Assembly: GCA_951406725.2 (NCBI GenBank) | Contig: OX597834.1 | Span: 45,384,001-45,448,000, forward strand | From: Octopus vulgaris | Lineage: Eukaryota | Direction: 5' to 3' | DNA: 64,000 nucleotides | Shown: piece by piece, positions 44,031-58,540 of the stretch | Numbering within the stretch: the stretch's first letter is position 1 | Layout of the letters: each line of letters starts with the position of its first letter | The notes under the pieces: generated by a model | The model's database searches: none | What the model was told of the DNA's origin: nothing | What the model saw: only the letters and a program-made list of their open reading frames with translations | Translations under genes and position numbers: made by a program

Positions 44031-44724
44031 AGACAGAATATATACATATATACACACATATAGGAGTCCAAAAAGTGGAAGCAGAATGCAACAGACGACA
44101 ATAAAAGATGTGGAGAGATAGACGATACAAAGACGGGTCATTCGTGGCCTTCCTTCCTCGGTCAAGTTTCCAGATTATCCTTACAGTATGCGCCGGTTAC
44201 ATTGGAGGCTATGTATGTATGTATGTTTGTAGAGTGAGTGAGAGACGGAAGTGGAGAAGTAAAATATAGATAGATTTCATCGTTTGTCACGTATGGTTAG
44301 GCAATGAAGAACAAGAATACACAACTTAGTTACGTGCGCTGTAGGAGCTGACGTAAAACCTTTCAATGCCTCATATCACAAGACCACATCTTATAAACAA
44401 CTTTATCTCCCCTGTCAATTGTATGATTATCATTGAATGAGAAATTCTTTATGTGATACTTGCCCATAAACATAACAATGAAATCAATCCGGTGCTCTAA
44501 ATCCCAACCGACGTACCACCTAATAATCACTAAAAGATTCGTTCAAGAAACGCTTACCCTTACATCAAGAAATCTTCAAACATTGATATATTTTATTTCA
44601 TCGTTGGTTTTTGAATATTCATTGTTAACCCAGACGTTTTGACAGTTCTTAATAACAAATTCGGTTATTTTTTTACTCTATACTACTTTACTGTCGTATT
44701 CGAATAGACACCTTTATATCTCTT

Positions 44725-45690
44725 CTTTATCTTTTGTTCCAATCACTGGGTTGCGGTCATGCTGGAGCAACACTTTCAAGAACGTTAATCGAACCAACTG
44801 ACGCCAGTAACTAATTTTCATGTATTGGGTTGTCCGGAAAGTTCGTGCCGATTTTTAAAGAAAAGAAAAAGGTCAATAAATACTTGCCATTACATTTTTA
44901 ATCAACCAAATATGAACCATTTCGTTGCACAATGCGTCTCCATCTTTCATTTAACTTGAAAATACCCTCTTCCCAGAATTGAGGTGGTTTCATAGCAAAG
45001 AATTCATCAAGGTATCTTTTACTTCATCCAAAGAATTGAAATTTTTACCATTAAGACTATTCTGCAGAGACCTGAATAAGTGGAAATCCGAGGGAGCAAT
45101 ATCTAGTGAATATGGAGCGTGGGGTAACACATCCCAGCCGAGTTGCAGCAATTTTTGTCTGGTTCCCAAATCCTTAAGTGCCGAAAATGATCTTTGTTAT
45201 CTTCCATTTTAAAGGGTTACAGAATTAACATAGGTTATAGGAACATAAATCTTCTTCCATGAAAAGATAGCTTAAACCCTACTCTAAATGGAGGTGTAGT
45301 CAAATTCTATTTTACGGACTCAACCATGTTCTAAAATAAGTGGAAAGGTAAGGTACTATAAATCGGCACGAACTTTCCGGACAAACCCATACATGTCTGG
45401 CACTTATTCTATCAATACTTTATGCCGAAGCGCTAATTTACATGGACATAGACACACCAACAATTGTTGTCAAGCGGCTGCGGAGGACAAACCCATGCAC
45501 ATTCACGCAAACACAGGCACACACACACACACGCTGCATGTATTTCGTCTACCAGATGCACTTAGAACTCTTTGGGCAGCTCGAGACTAAAGTAGAGCAT
45601 ATTTCCCCAAGATGCTGTGCAGGGGGACTGAACCCGCAAGCTTGTGGTTGAGAATCATATTTATTACCCTTCAGCCACGCCTGCAGCTAT
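44725..45690 (-). mobile_element. decayed SINE family A copy split by the mariner insertion
   Basis: tail at 44725-44822 continues at 45392; head at 45540-45688. Confidence 0.7.
44825..45389 (-). mobile_element. internally deleted mariner element
   Basis: ~30-bp TIRs 'ttgggttgtccggaaagttcgtgccgattt'/'aaatcggcacgaactttccggacaaaccca' with TA on both sides; minus strand LGWDVLPHAPYSLDIAPSDFHLFRSLQNSLNGKNF (YSPDLAP.D motif). Confidence 0.92.
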
Positions 45691-45974
45691 GTTCTTTATC
45701 CTTTCTAATTTGATAGTATTTTCAATCACGGCTTCTAATATTTTAATAGTATATTGATCTCTATTATTGTAATGATACTTTATATTATTGATCACTAGTA
45801 TTTGATTACCAGTTAATTGATTAACCTCAAATATTTCATTAGTATTATATCGTTTTGAATCCTTGAAATTTAATAATATTCATATTATTTATTCCTAGTA
45901 TTACAATACTATTATATATAATTAGTCGCTAGTATATTAGTAGTAACGTATATTCTTATCCTATGTATTATAAT

Positions 45975-48340
45975 AGTACTTATTTTATCAATCCCCACAA
46001 GATAAATGCTGGGTGAAAGGCGAAGACTAAATTAGCAGAATTTGTATTGAGAATGTATGAAGCAGTGAGGAAATTACAGTATGGCATTTAGACCAAATCA
46101 TTTAAGCTGTCTTTAATATTTCAGTATCTATTTCATTGACTTCGGAAGAACGAAAAGCTAATTTGTACTTGGCAGGATTAGATCACTCAAAAAAAATTAT
46201 TCTGGTACTTAATTAATCGACTCTGTAATGATAAACGTTAAAACCGACCGCAGTAGGATTTTGAACTCAGAAGCTAATGCTTGAAGAGATGATAACAACG
46301 CATTTTACCCGGCGTGCTAACGGTTCTGCCAGCTGGTCGACCTATGACACTAATAATTTATGTTATTGGCACAAGGACTGAAATTTAAAATGCGGGCGAT
46401 AATTGTTCACATCGACCCCTGTGCTCAACCAGTATATATTTCATTGGCCTCGAAAGGATGAAAGATAGAATCGACGTCGGCAGACCTAGAACTCAGAACT
46501 TTATTATCGGAAGAAATGCTGCTACGCCTTTTGTGCGACGCAGTAACATTCTGCTGGCTCCTTACATCACGACATTCTAATAATGCTTTCAATTTTTTGT
46601 GCAAGGCCAGCAATTTCGGGAGAGGAAGGAAATCGATTACCTTGACAACAGTGCTCAACTGGTATTTATTTCTTCAGGCGGCGAGCTGGAGGAAACGTTA
46701 GCACGCCGGGCGAAATGCCTAGCGGTATTTCGTCTGCCGTTACGTTCTGAGTTCAAATTCCGCCGTGGTCTACTTTGCCTTTCATCCTTTCTGGGTCGAT
46801 AAATTAAGTACCAGTTACGCACTGGGGTCGATGTAATCGACTTAATACCTATGTCTATCCTTGTCTGTCCCCTCTGTGTTTAGCCCCTTGTGGGTAATAA
46901 AGAAATAGGTATTTATTTCTTCAGTTCCGAAATGATAAAAAGCAAAGTCGACATCGGCGACATTTGCACAGATAACGTAAAGACAGACGATTGAAACGCT
47001 AAGCATTTTGCTTGGTAACCATTCTGCCATTTCGCCGACTTAAAACGCTCTGATTATGCCAGCAATTTATCACCGTTGTAGAACCGGAAATTAATTTCCG
47101 GCTAGATTCTCTAATGAGCCAGTTCATATGATCATCCTTGACAAGATCAATAATATTGGTTTCAAAATTTGACGCTAGGTCAGAAAATTCAGAGGAAGAG
47201 TTAAGCTGATTACAACGACCCCAGTGCTCAACTGGTACTTATTTTATTGACTCCGAAAGGATGAATGGTAAAAATTGACCTCGGCGGAATTTGAACTCTG
47301 AACGAAAAGAGGAACGTAATCGCGCTAAGCATATTATTCGGTGCGGTAACAACAAACTGCTCAACTGAAGGCACAAAGAGCGGGCTAAGTAGATTATATG
47401 GACCCCAGTACGCCACTAGTACTTAATTTATCAACCCCGAAAGGATGGAAGGCAATGTCTACCTCGGCGGAACTACTACTCAACGTAGCGACGGGCGAAA
47501 CACAGCTAAGCATTTCGTTCAGCGTGCTAACGATTCTTTTGTACCCTAGGCACAGTTTTGGAGGAGAGAGCCAGTCAATAAGATCGACGTCAGTACGTAA
47601 CTGGTACTTAATTTATCGACCCAGAAAGGATGAAGGGCAAAGTCGACCTCGGCGGAATTTGAACTCGGAACGTAGCAGCAGACGAAATACCTATTTCTTT
47701 TACTACCCACAAGAGGCTTAACACAGAGAGGACAAACAAGGACAGACAAACCGATTAAGTCGATTATTCGACCCCAGTGCGTAACTGGTACTAATTTAAT
47801 CGACCCCGAAAGGAAGAAAGGCAAAGTCGACCTCGGTGGAGTTTGAACTCAAAACGTAACAGCAGACGAAATGTTGCTAAACATTTCGCCTGGTGTGCTA
47901 ACTTTTCTGCCAACTCACCGACTTTCGGCACTCTAATAATGCGTTCTGCTGGAGGTAAAAGGCTTGAAATTTGTGGGGAGGGGACCAGTCGATTACATCG
48001 ACCCCAGCGTTTTTCTGTTACTTAATTTATCAGCCCGAAAGGATGGAAGGCAAAGTCGACCTCGGCGGAATGTTAACTCAGAATGTGAAGACAGACGAAA
48101 TATATATTTCTTTACTACCCACAAGGGACTACACACAGAGAAGACAAACAAGGATAGACAAACGGATTAAATTGATTATATCGACCCCAGTGCGTAACTG
48201 ATACTTATTTACTCGACCCCGAAAGGATGAAAGGCAAAGTCGACCTCGGCGGAGTTTGAACTCAGAACGTAACAGCAGACGAAATGTTGCCAAACATTTC
48301 GCCTGGCGTGCTAACGTTTCTGCCAACTCACCGCCTTACG
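45975..48340 (-). mobile_element. dense array of about ten SINE family B copies (mostly - strand; one + copy at 46677-46912)
   Basis: repeated 'aaagtcgacctcggcggaatttgaactc' bodies and 'acccacaagg...acaaggacagacaaacggattaa' tails. Confidence 0.85.
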
Positions 48341-50013
48341 ACATTCTAATAATGTTCGCAATCTAACACGGCTTTTGAACCGGAAACTAATTTCCCGCGA
48401 GGTTGTCCAATAAGCTAGGTCACGTGATCATCGCTTGACAAGATGAATAATATTTAAATTGTGAAACGTCAGCAACATCAGCAACAACAAGAACGCAAAC
48501 ATCCGCATCGATTGTTCCCTCTTCACCATTTAAGGTAATGTTGACAGCGTAATACAATAACATCCTATAGAATCCGTCGCATGCCCGCTTCGCCCCCTCA
48601 CGTCACGGCAATCAGCGAATAAATATTTAACTACTCTTCGTTCCATGAAATAGGTTCCTGAATAAATCTAGGCTGTTCCTGGATGTAAGAGAATCGCTTA
48701 TCTATCGACATTTTACTTGCTTCCTTCATTGGATTGAGACCATGCTGGGGCACGGTCAATAAAGGTCATTAGTTAGGAGAATAGACTCCAGTACTTATCT
48801 CGGGTTTGGTACGAATACTATCGAACTGATGTGAAGAAATGCGAAACCGCTAAATCGCTGGAGCGTAAACAAAGGATTAGCGGCGAGAAGGCAGAAACAC
48901 AAACAAAAAACATGCACACATTGAGACACACATAAACATATATATACATACACATATATATATATATACATGCACACACACACAGTGTGTTCAAAAAGTC
49001 TCCCCGAAGTGAATCTTTCCATCTTGCGCGTCACGATGGTGCTACGTAAGAGTCTTTTGGTGAACGGATTATTTACGTTTCAGATCAGTATGTTCGTGAG
49101 AGTAAATGCTGGATTTCTTACGCCTTTATATCCTAGCTGTTCGGCAAAAAGCACCGATAGAATAGACAACACAATTTAAAACACAAATAAGTCCCGGGAT
49201 CGATTTATACGACTAGAACATTCCAGGGCGATGCAACCAGCAAAATATTAATGAAATATAAAATACTGATTTTTTTGTATCAATATAAAATTCGAATGCC
49301 AAGTCCAAAACGGACGATATTTTTAAGTACATAAATGTTGTTTTAGTTAAGTTTACATCATTCTATTTCTTCTCATAGTTTCGTTTCAATATGGTACTTA
49401 ATGTACGCCTCATACACACCAACACACACAAACTTATATTTACGCATCTATTTCTTTGTAGGAAAGCTAATTTATCTTGCCGGTTCTTGAAGAAAAAAAA
49501 TGGGTAAATATAGCAGTTCCATTATTCTATATAGCAAGAATACACTTTTCACTTTTCGCTTCGTTAGTCAGTTATTATTACGTAAATCTATTTAAACTTA
49601 AGCAGTTATTTAGAGATACAAAGCAAGGAGATGAATATTGTTATTCTCAATAGTTTAAAACGAGATTTGTTGCTTGCGGGTAATTGCTATGCTTAAGTAA
49701 TCATCCTTGAGAACTTTCCTCTTATTTATTTTCAAGAAATACCTGAAAGATTTTAGTAATTTATAGAAAAAAATTAATAAATCATCAACAAATACATTAT
49801 AAGAATTTCCAGACAACTAATAAAGTTTGACATCTATATATCATAGCTTCAGTATTGCATATCATCAGATGCAGGCAGAGACTGCGTATTTAGAAAGCTC
49901 GTTATAAAATCACGCCGTTTCGGGTTGAGTTCCAATGCGTAACTGTAGCACCGGAGCAACGAGACAACCGATAGTCTTCAGTGAATTTTTCAGATGGTAA
50001 GTCTGTGGGGAGA

Positions 50014-50127
<114 letters not shown>

Positions 50128-50494
50128 CATATATATATATATAGATGTATACATATGTATGGTTGAAGAGAATATAGCATGTTCTTTGTCTAGCTCCTTA
50201 CATTCATGGAGGTATTATGTAAGATTATTCTAATATGTCTATCTATTTTAATTTAATTTAATTCTATGTATTTATGCGGCTGAGTATTGCTCTGGATTTA
50301 AATTGCATTGTTCAATTAAATGGAGTCGCTTGAAACGATCGTACTGCATTACCTCTGGATATCCTCTTGCTTATTTTGAAGTATGTATATGTGTGTGTGT
50401 GTATACACACATATATATATGGATAGACAGAGAGAGAAAGAGAGAGAGAAGTAGAGATAGAGATATAGACAGAGGGACAGACAGACAGATAGAT

Positions 50495-50651
50495 ATGTTC
50501 CCGTAACTTAGCGGTTGATCCAAAAGGCCAATACAACAGGTACCAGGCTTGAAAACGTACTACGATCAACTTGTTAGAATAAAAATTCAGCAACGCGTTC
50601 CCCATCACGGCCGCAGTCTGATGACTGAAGCAAGTAAGAGATAAATAAGTA

Positions 50652-50712
<61 letters not shown>

Positions 50713-50762
50713 CGCAGGATGGCTATGTTCTAAGTAGCTTGCTTACCAGCAACATGGTTCCA
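50495..50762 (+). mobile_element. SINE family A tail, (TA)n, then a truncated family A head (50711-50762)
   Basis: 'gttcccgtaacttagcggtt' and 'ggcgcaggatggctatgttctaagtagcttgcttacc'. Confidence 0.7.
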
Positions 50763-50765
50763 GAA

Positions 50766-50826
50766 GATCACACTTCTGTTCATTTCACAAAACTACTAGT
50801 TTTATGAAATGAACAGAAGTGTGATC
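50766..50826. repeat. 61-bp near-perfect palindrome
   Basis: 30-bp arms, 1-nt spacer, one mismatch. Confidence 0.9.
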
Positions 50827-51126
50827 AGTATCTTCTCATATATCAGGAAATTATACCCACTTTATTATGGATAAATTATGGATAAATTCGTCGTCTCTGA
50901 GCATGAAATATCTCCTCATATCTCCGAAAATTACACCTACATTATTATTGATGGATTTACCTTTTCTGTGAAGCTAACAAGCTTTTTTAAAACCTTTTAT
51001 AAAACTGTGCATCATTAGAGAACTTTGGAAGTCTGCTTACAATCTAAATTTGCTTTTTATAGAACTCTCTTCGATACTTCATGGGTGTAGCCTCACCCCA
51101 CTAGGATGTTTGGAGAACTCATATGT

Positions 51127-51220
51127 GTTTTGGCTGATGAGTACGGGACACTTGTATTTGGTGCAATATTTGCAGCTTTTAATAAAGCTGTTCTTCGTAT
51201 GAAACAATTGAACTGAAAAA
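51127..51220 (+). ncRNA. degenerate minimal hammerhead motif with an extended stem II (Penelope-like)
   Basis: CTGATGA 51134-40; gtacggg/ttcgtat closes a long stem II; GAAA-c-aatt-g 51201-10; the triplet is GAA, not GUH. Confidence 0.5.
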
Positions 51221-51363
51221 CTAATCCATTCTTGTTGCTTTTTTCTTGTTTATAATCACCCCACATTATTTTATGGTTAATACAATAAAGATTTCTGGTG
51301 CATCTAAGTTAAGTGCCACATTCATGTGAATTCATTGGAACTCACTTGAATCTTAATTGCTTT

Positions 51364-51431
<68 letters not shown>

Positions 51432-51792
51432 GTATGTATGTATATACGTATGTATGTCTATATGTATATACTTGCCATATATACACATATATCCGTTTAT
51501 TTATCCACATGTATGTATGTACGTACAATGTGGGAGTGGGGGAGTTAGAGATAGACTAAAGTGCGAACAAGCGAAGAGAGAAACAGCAGGGAGACTCAAT
51601 GGAGTTTTATCCACTGTTTAATAAATTGTGGTGTATGTTGTGACCTCTATGTCTGTGCGTGTCGTTCTTTCAATAACCTTCTTCTCTACAGAAGGTAGGC
51701 CTAGTGATAAAGATAATTGGAAAGATACCACGACACATAACCAGAGCGATTCACATGTGCGTGTTTGTTTTCAGTGGGTATTTATGTATATA

Positions 51793-51824
<32 letters not shown>

Positions 51825-51886
51825 CATATATATATGTATATATATCATTGTTTGATTTGCCTAATAGTGGTTTTGTCTCTAATTTA

Positions 51887-51927
<41 letters not shown>

Positions 51928-52119
51928 ATATACATATGTATATATATCTATACAAATATATGCATATATCTATATATCTATCTATATATATATATAAATA
52001 TATATATAGAGAGAGAGAGAGAAAGAGAGAGAAAGATTGTTAATAGATAGATGGATGCGTTTGTGTACATATGTGTAGGTATGTAGGTACATAGGTATAT
52101 ACATAATATATATGTATAT

Positions 52120-52177
<58 letters not shown>

Positions 52178-52403
52178 GTATGCGTAATTTGACAAAACGT
52201 AATTACACAGATATATATCCACATATATAATATTCAAAATTTGTATATTTGTAAATGTATATATTTACATACATACACACACACTTTTATGCATACATAC
52301 ATATTTATACATGTGTATATATATATACGCACGCATACACACACATATATAGCTACAAATATACATACATGTGTGTGTACGTAACATCCATGGCGTTCTT
52401 ATT

Positions 52404-52460
<57 letters not shown>

Positions 52461-53184
52461 CTGTATGTTCGTGTGGATAGATTGATGGGTGGCTAGATAC
52501 GTATTAATATGTGTCTAGGTGGTTGTCATTTAGCTGTCCTCACTTACATAGTTATTTAGATATACCACTCACGAGATTTTGTATTTCCGTCCAGCTAACG
52601 CAGACACCTGGAACTGTCTGCTTGTTAGTCACCCAATCAAATTGATGTATCACGAAATCGGATATTTTAACAGCATGCTATCTTTACTCTTCCATTAAGT
52701 TATTTTCTATCAATATTGGATCATCATTTCACAACGTGCCAAATTTATTATTTATTATTTACCTCTTACAAGATATTAAAAGTTTTGCCAACAAAAATTT
52801 TTCTACTATTTTACATTCTTGCATTACATACATACATGGGCGCAGCCGTGGCTGTCCAGTAAGAAATTTTCGTCCTAATTACATGATTCCGGGTTCAGTG
52901 CAACGGCGTTGCACATTGTGCTCTAGCCCCATGCCGACCAAAGATTTGTGAACGAATCTTGTAGACTACAACTGAAATAACTCCGCCGTATATTGATAGA
53001 TATGAATATATATAGATATATACATATGTGTTTGTGTGTTTGTGTGTGTGTATGTGTTTATTCCTCATGTTGAGCTGTTGATCCCAAAACATTTTTCTTT
53101 CTCCGTTTATTTTCGTTCTTTCTCCATTTTTTCCCCTATCGGTCCTTTCTGGCCGTTAAAATGACACACTTGTTGTTCCTTCGT

Positions 53185-53320
53185 CTTATTTAATCGACCC
53201 CGAAAGGATGAAAGGCAAAGTAGACCTCGGTGGAATTGGAACTCAGACCGTAACGGCAGACGAAATACCGCTAAGCATTTCACCCGGCGTGCTAAAGTTT
53301 CTGCCAGCTCGCCGCCTTAT
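53185..53320 (-). mobile_element. SINE family B copy
   Basis: near-consensus head and body. Confidence 0.85.
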
Positions 53321-54620
53321 AGTGAGAAAGATATTGAAAACATCAATAACGTCTGAATGAAAACAGCTGAAGAGTGTATGAGGTGGTCCTGAGATGTGCT
53401 AAAAATAGCAGCTAAGAACCCTTCAATCACACATATTTTTCTTTGGTTTTGCATAATCAATATTCCCCGAAATAGTCTGAAAGTTACAAAATTTTTTTAA
53501 AAAGTAAGTCAGGATCTGATAAATTGAAAGACAGTTAAAATTGACATCGGCGGAAATGGAACTCAGAACGTAAAGAGGAAAGAAATGGTGCAGCGCAGTT
53601 TGCCTGCCATTCTGTGATTCTGCTACCTCACCTCTTTACATCTGTTATGAGCACAGGACCTGAAATTTGAGGGGAGGATGTTAGTCAATTACATTGAAAC
53701 CAGTTCTCAATTGATATTATTCTATGGACCCCTACAGGTAAATATTGGGTTAAACATAACTTTAGGGTGACAAAAAAAAAATAAAGAACTAGGCTGCCCG
53801 TAGGACCACACAGAACATCGTCAGAAATAACGTTTCACAATAAGAGGAATTCCATTAATATCCGAAGAATTTTCTCAAACTAGCCTTACGTGAAGGCCAC
53901 GATAATTTATTCAGCAACAGCCCATGGACATCCGTGGAATTCGAACACAGAGCGTATAGAGCGCTTCAGAATACCACATAACAATCAAAACGATTTAACG
54001 ACAAGCAAGCGTGAGAATGAAAATCCCGATGGAGGAATATAACGAGATGATAACAGCAGGAGTCGATGGTTGCCTAGGTTTTCACCGTTGGCTACATTTA
54101 TATCATAAATGCTCTCGGATAAGAAATTCTGTGTAACAAATATGTCGAGTGGCCTGAGCTAACAAAAGGTGGAAAGTTATAGAAGGAAGTAAATTAATTT
54201 TGGTGATAAATTTGCTTTACTTAATTGTTTTGTTACGCTTATTTTGTCAGTAAAGCTATAAAGATGTTTTTGGTACAGAAAATGGTAGAAATGCTGGCAA
54301 ATATAACCTGTGAGATAAATACATGCATACGTGCATACAGACATGCGTACAGACATGCATACAGACATGCATACAGACATGCAGACATACATAGGTACGT
54401 ACGTACGCACATACACACGTACATACATATACACACATACATATATAAACATATGCACATATTTACATATATACGCACACACACATATATATATACATAT
54501 ATACATATATAGACAAAGAGAGAGAAAGTGAGACAAAGGGAGCAAAGAGATAAGGAAAAGAGAGAACGGGAGAGAAAAGAGAGAAAAACAGGAGAGGGAG
54601 ATTGAGAGAACTAGTTAGAT

Positions 54621-54653
<33 letters not shown>

Positions 54654-55057
54654 AAGATGGATGGATAGATAGACAGACAAGCAGAGAGACAGACAGACAG
54701 TTAGATAGATAGTCAGATAGATAGATAGAGAGATATATGTAAACAGCTAGATATCTATATATATGTATGTGTGTGTGTGTGTGTATATATAGATATATAT
54801 GCATATGAATGTGTGTGTGTGTGTGTGAGAGAGAGAGAGCTTGCGTCTTCTGCCCTTCTAGTGTATGTATGTCAATATTGAATCTCTCAGCTGTAGCAAT
54901 GCAACGTATGCAATTCCGATTATTAAATTACGTCTGTAGACCTATTAGACCCGTGAATAGGTGGCGCTTCACATTGTAATTTGTTTCTATTTTGCTTAAT
55001 TTCCGTGTTTTTCATCAAATATTTCCGATTCTAAGACTGCTTTATTTTTCTCCTCTA

Positions 55058-55897
<840 letters not shown>

Positions 55898-56477
55898 TTT
55901 GTCTTTGATAAGAAATTGCATATAACATCATTTACCTTTTAACATCAGCGTGATATAGTATTTCACTAAGAAAAAAAGATACAAAATAAGAAACGCAACT
56001 AATTTGATTCCTCTTCGCAGCCAATCATAATAAAACGAGGTTATAAAAGTAATAATGTGTTTCCCCCTTCGAAATATTTTGGAGCAGTTTTTTTCGCCTT
56101 CTCTTATTTTGTTATTTTTCATTTGTACAGGAGACCAAATCTTCGGTAAATTAATATGTTTTTCTCTTTTTAAGACACTTATAAAGAATTCGTAGAAGAG
56201 TACTTTTGACTTCTTCCTGAGATTCTGCGACATCTAAGCGGAAGTATGGTGGTGGTGATGTTGGAAGTATCTCTAGATCACTTAATTGAGCCGAATGCTT
56301 CCAACAGTATGTTCCCCGATAAATGACTTCCGAGGAAGAGGTTATGATTGTAAACTGCGCCATGGATTAAATTGGCACCGAAAGTATGTTCCAGCCGATG
56401 GGTATCAATACTGATTCTCTTAACCAATTATTACACAAAAGCTATGTTTTTTTAATATTTTTGAAATATCCACCTGG

Positions 56478-56873
56478 ATGCGTGTAAAAAAGTTTATTTC
56501 CCAACCACATGTTTCTGGGTTCAGTCCCACTGCGTGGCACTTTGGACAAGTCTCTTCCACTAGAGCCTCTGGCTGTCCAAAAACTTGTGAGTGGATTTGG
56601 AAGACGGAAACATATATACATATATGTGTGTGTGTATGTGTGTCTGTGAGTGTGTGTGTGTTTTTGTGTCTGTTTGTCCCTCCATCATCGCTTGACAACC
56701 GATGTTCGTGTGTTTACGTCCCCTTAACTTAGCGGTTCGGCAAAAGAGACCGATACAATAAGTACTAGGCTTACAAAGAATAAGTCATGGGGTCGATTTG
56801 CTCGACTAAATGCGGCGCACCATCATGGCCATAGTCAAATGACTGAAACAAGTAAAAGAGTAAAAGAGTAAAA
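56478..56873 (+). mobile_element. near full-length SINE family A
   Basis: 'gggttcagtcccactgcgtggcac' through the tail '(agtaaaag)n'. Confidence 0.85.
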
Positions 56874-57819
56874 GATATCATAAGCAAATATATTAAGGAA
56901 TAATAATGATTTAAAATTGATGTGTATTTAACGTACATTCTCACACACAAACACGCCTAGACGTAGACTGCATTGTTTCGTGAACCATGATCCAAACTGT
57001 AAGACCCAGCGTGATCGCTGCAAGACCGTCGTTAGAGCTGCTAAATCCTTCTCCAATATCAGCCTACGATTTTTTTCTTTCTAAGGAAAGACACGTTAAA
57101 TAATGCAATGATCGATAAAACACCGTATCTATAAAATACCTATAAAATATCGAGTGGTCACGACTGCTAGGAAGTCTCCGATCTTAAATCGGATCGATCA
57201 GTACTGTTATAGCGTTACACACACACACACACAAAAGAAACTACAAAACACTTGGTGAGAAGTAAATCAGCCATATCATAAAATATACATGGTGACAAAC
57301 TTCTCGCTGTCAACGACCAACAAACAAACGATCGCTTTTTTTTTCTCTCAGTAAAACGTATAAATATTGATAATTATATCGTTTAAAATACCTGAACATC
57401 TTAACATTACTCTTAGCTTCTCACAAGGACTTCATCTCTATAATTAACGAGAAAATTCTTTGAAGCCTGTCGCGTTTATCAAAAGTGTTTCCCTCCCTAT
57501 CAATAGGCTTAGTAAGGATTAGACTGAATTCTAAATTATGTTTCCAACTAATAAATAAAAATAAGTCGAAATCTATTCCTTTATCGCTCGGAGAAATATT
57601 GAATATCTTTTTGGTTTTAAAACATATTGATTTATCTGTATCTAAACGCCGTATAATCATATTATATTTTGAATCCAGTACATCACTGTAAGCTGATTAT
57701 GACCCCAAGGATGAGCTCAATATGGCCGAATTGATAAAATAATTGTCAGGAAAACGTAGGCCATCGCTTTCTACCTGATGTTCTACAGGACCTGTCAGAA
57801 GCTGATAGAGTTTCCCCTT

Positions 57820-58232
57820 CTTATCTTTTATCTGTTTCAGTCATTGGACTGTGGCCATGCAGGGGCAATGCCAAGATTGGTTTTAGTTGAAGAAATCGAC
57901 CCCAGTATTTATGTTTTTTAAAAATTTTATTTTAAGTTTAGTACTTATTCTCCCGGTCTCTTTGGTCAAACCGCTAAGTTACAGAGGCCTAAATAAGCGG
58001 ACCCCGGTTTTCGAGCTGTCGGAAGAGAGTGAAAAACGAAGACAAAAATACAAATGAACAGACGTAAACATATATACACACGACATGATTCCACACAGTC
58101 TCCGCCTACCGAAATCACTTTCGAATCTTTACTTGTAGGGGAGCTAGAGTAGAAATCATTTGCGGAAAGTTCCCTACAATGGGACTGAACCCAAAACAAT
58201 CCAATGGTACAGTGAGCTTTTTAACGACACAA
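57820..58232 (-). mobile_element. decayed SINE family A copy
   Basis: 'tgtttcagtcattggactgtggccatgc', 'aaccgctaagttac', 'gggactgaaccc'. Confidence 0.7.
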
Positions 58233-58255
58233 GACACGCCGAGGCCCCTGTTCCT

Positions 58256-58327
58256 TTCTTCTTCTTCTTCTTCTTCTTCTTCTTCTTCTTCTTCTTCTTC
58301 TTCTTCTTCTTCTTCTTCTTCTTCTTT
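58256..58327. repeat. (TTC)n microsatellite
   Basis: direct. Confidence 0.95.
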
Positions 58328-58389
58328 AGTGTGAGACATTGAGTATGACAAAAATCAGGAGTATTCGAAATCCTTTATTATGTTTGGTT

Positions 58390-58540
58390 ACCAGTGCGTA
58401 ACTGGTACTTATTTAATTGACCCCGAAAGGATGAAAGGCAAAGTCGACCTCGGCGGAATTTGAGCTCGGAACGTAGCGGCAGGCGAAATATCGCTAAGCA
58501 TTTCGCCCGGCGTACTAACGATTCTGCCATCTCGCCGCCT
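58390..58540 (-). mobile_element. SINE family B copy
   Basis: near-consensus head and body. Confidence 0.85.

Noticed and set aside
44060-44205. Possible Penelope-like terminal fragment
   Set aside because: Too degenerate to show a hammerhead core or palindrome.
45975-48340. CRISPR-like repeat/spacer appearance
   Set aside because: The repeats are diverged SINE bodies of more than 100 bp with irregular spacing in a eukaryotic context; no cas genes.
55928-56400. Minus-strand ORFs as a GIY-YIG or other protein remnant
   Set aside because: No recognisable motif; a BLASTX search would be needed.
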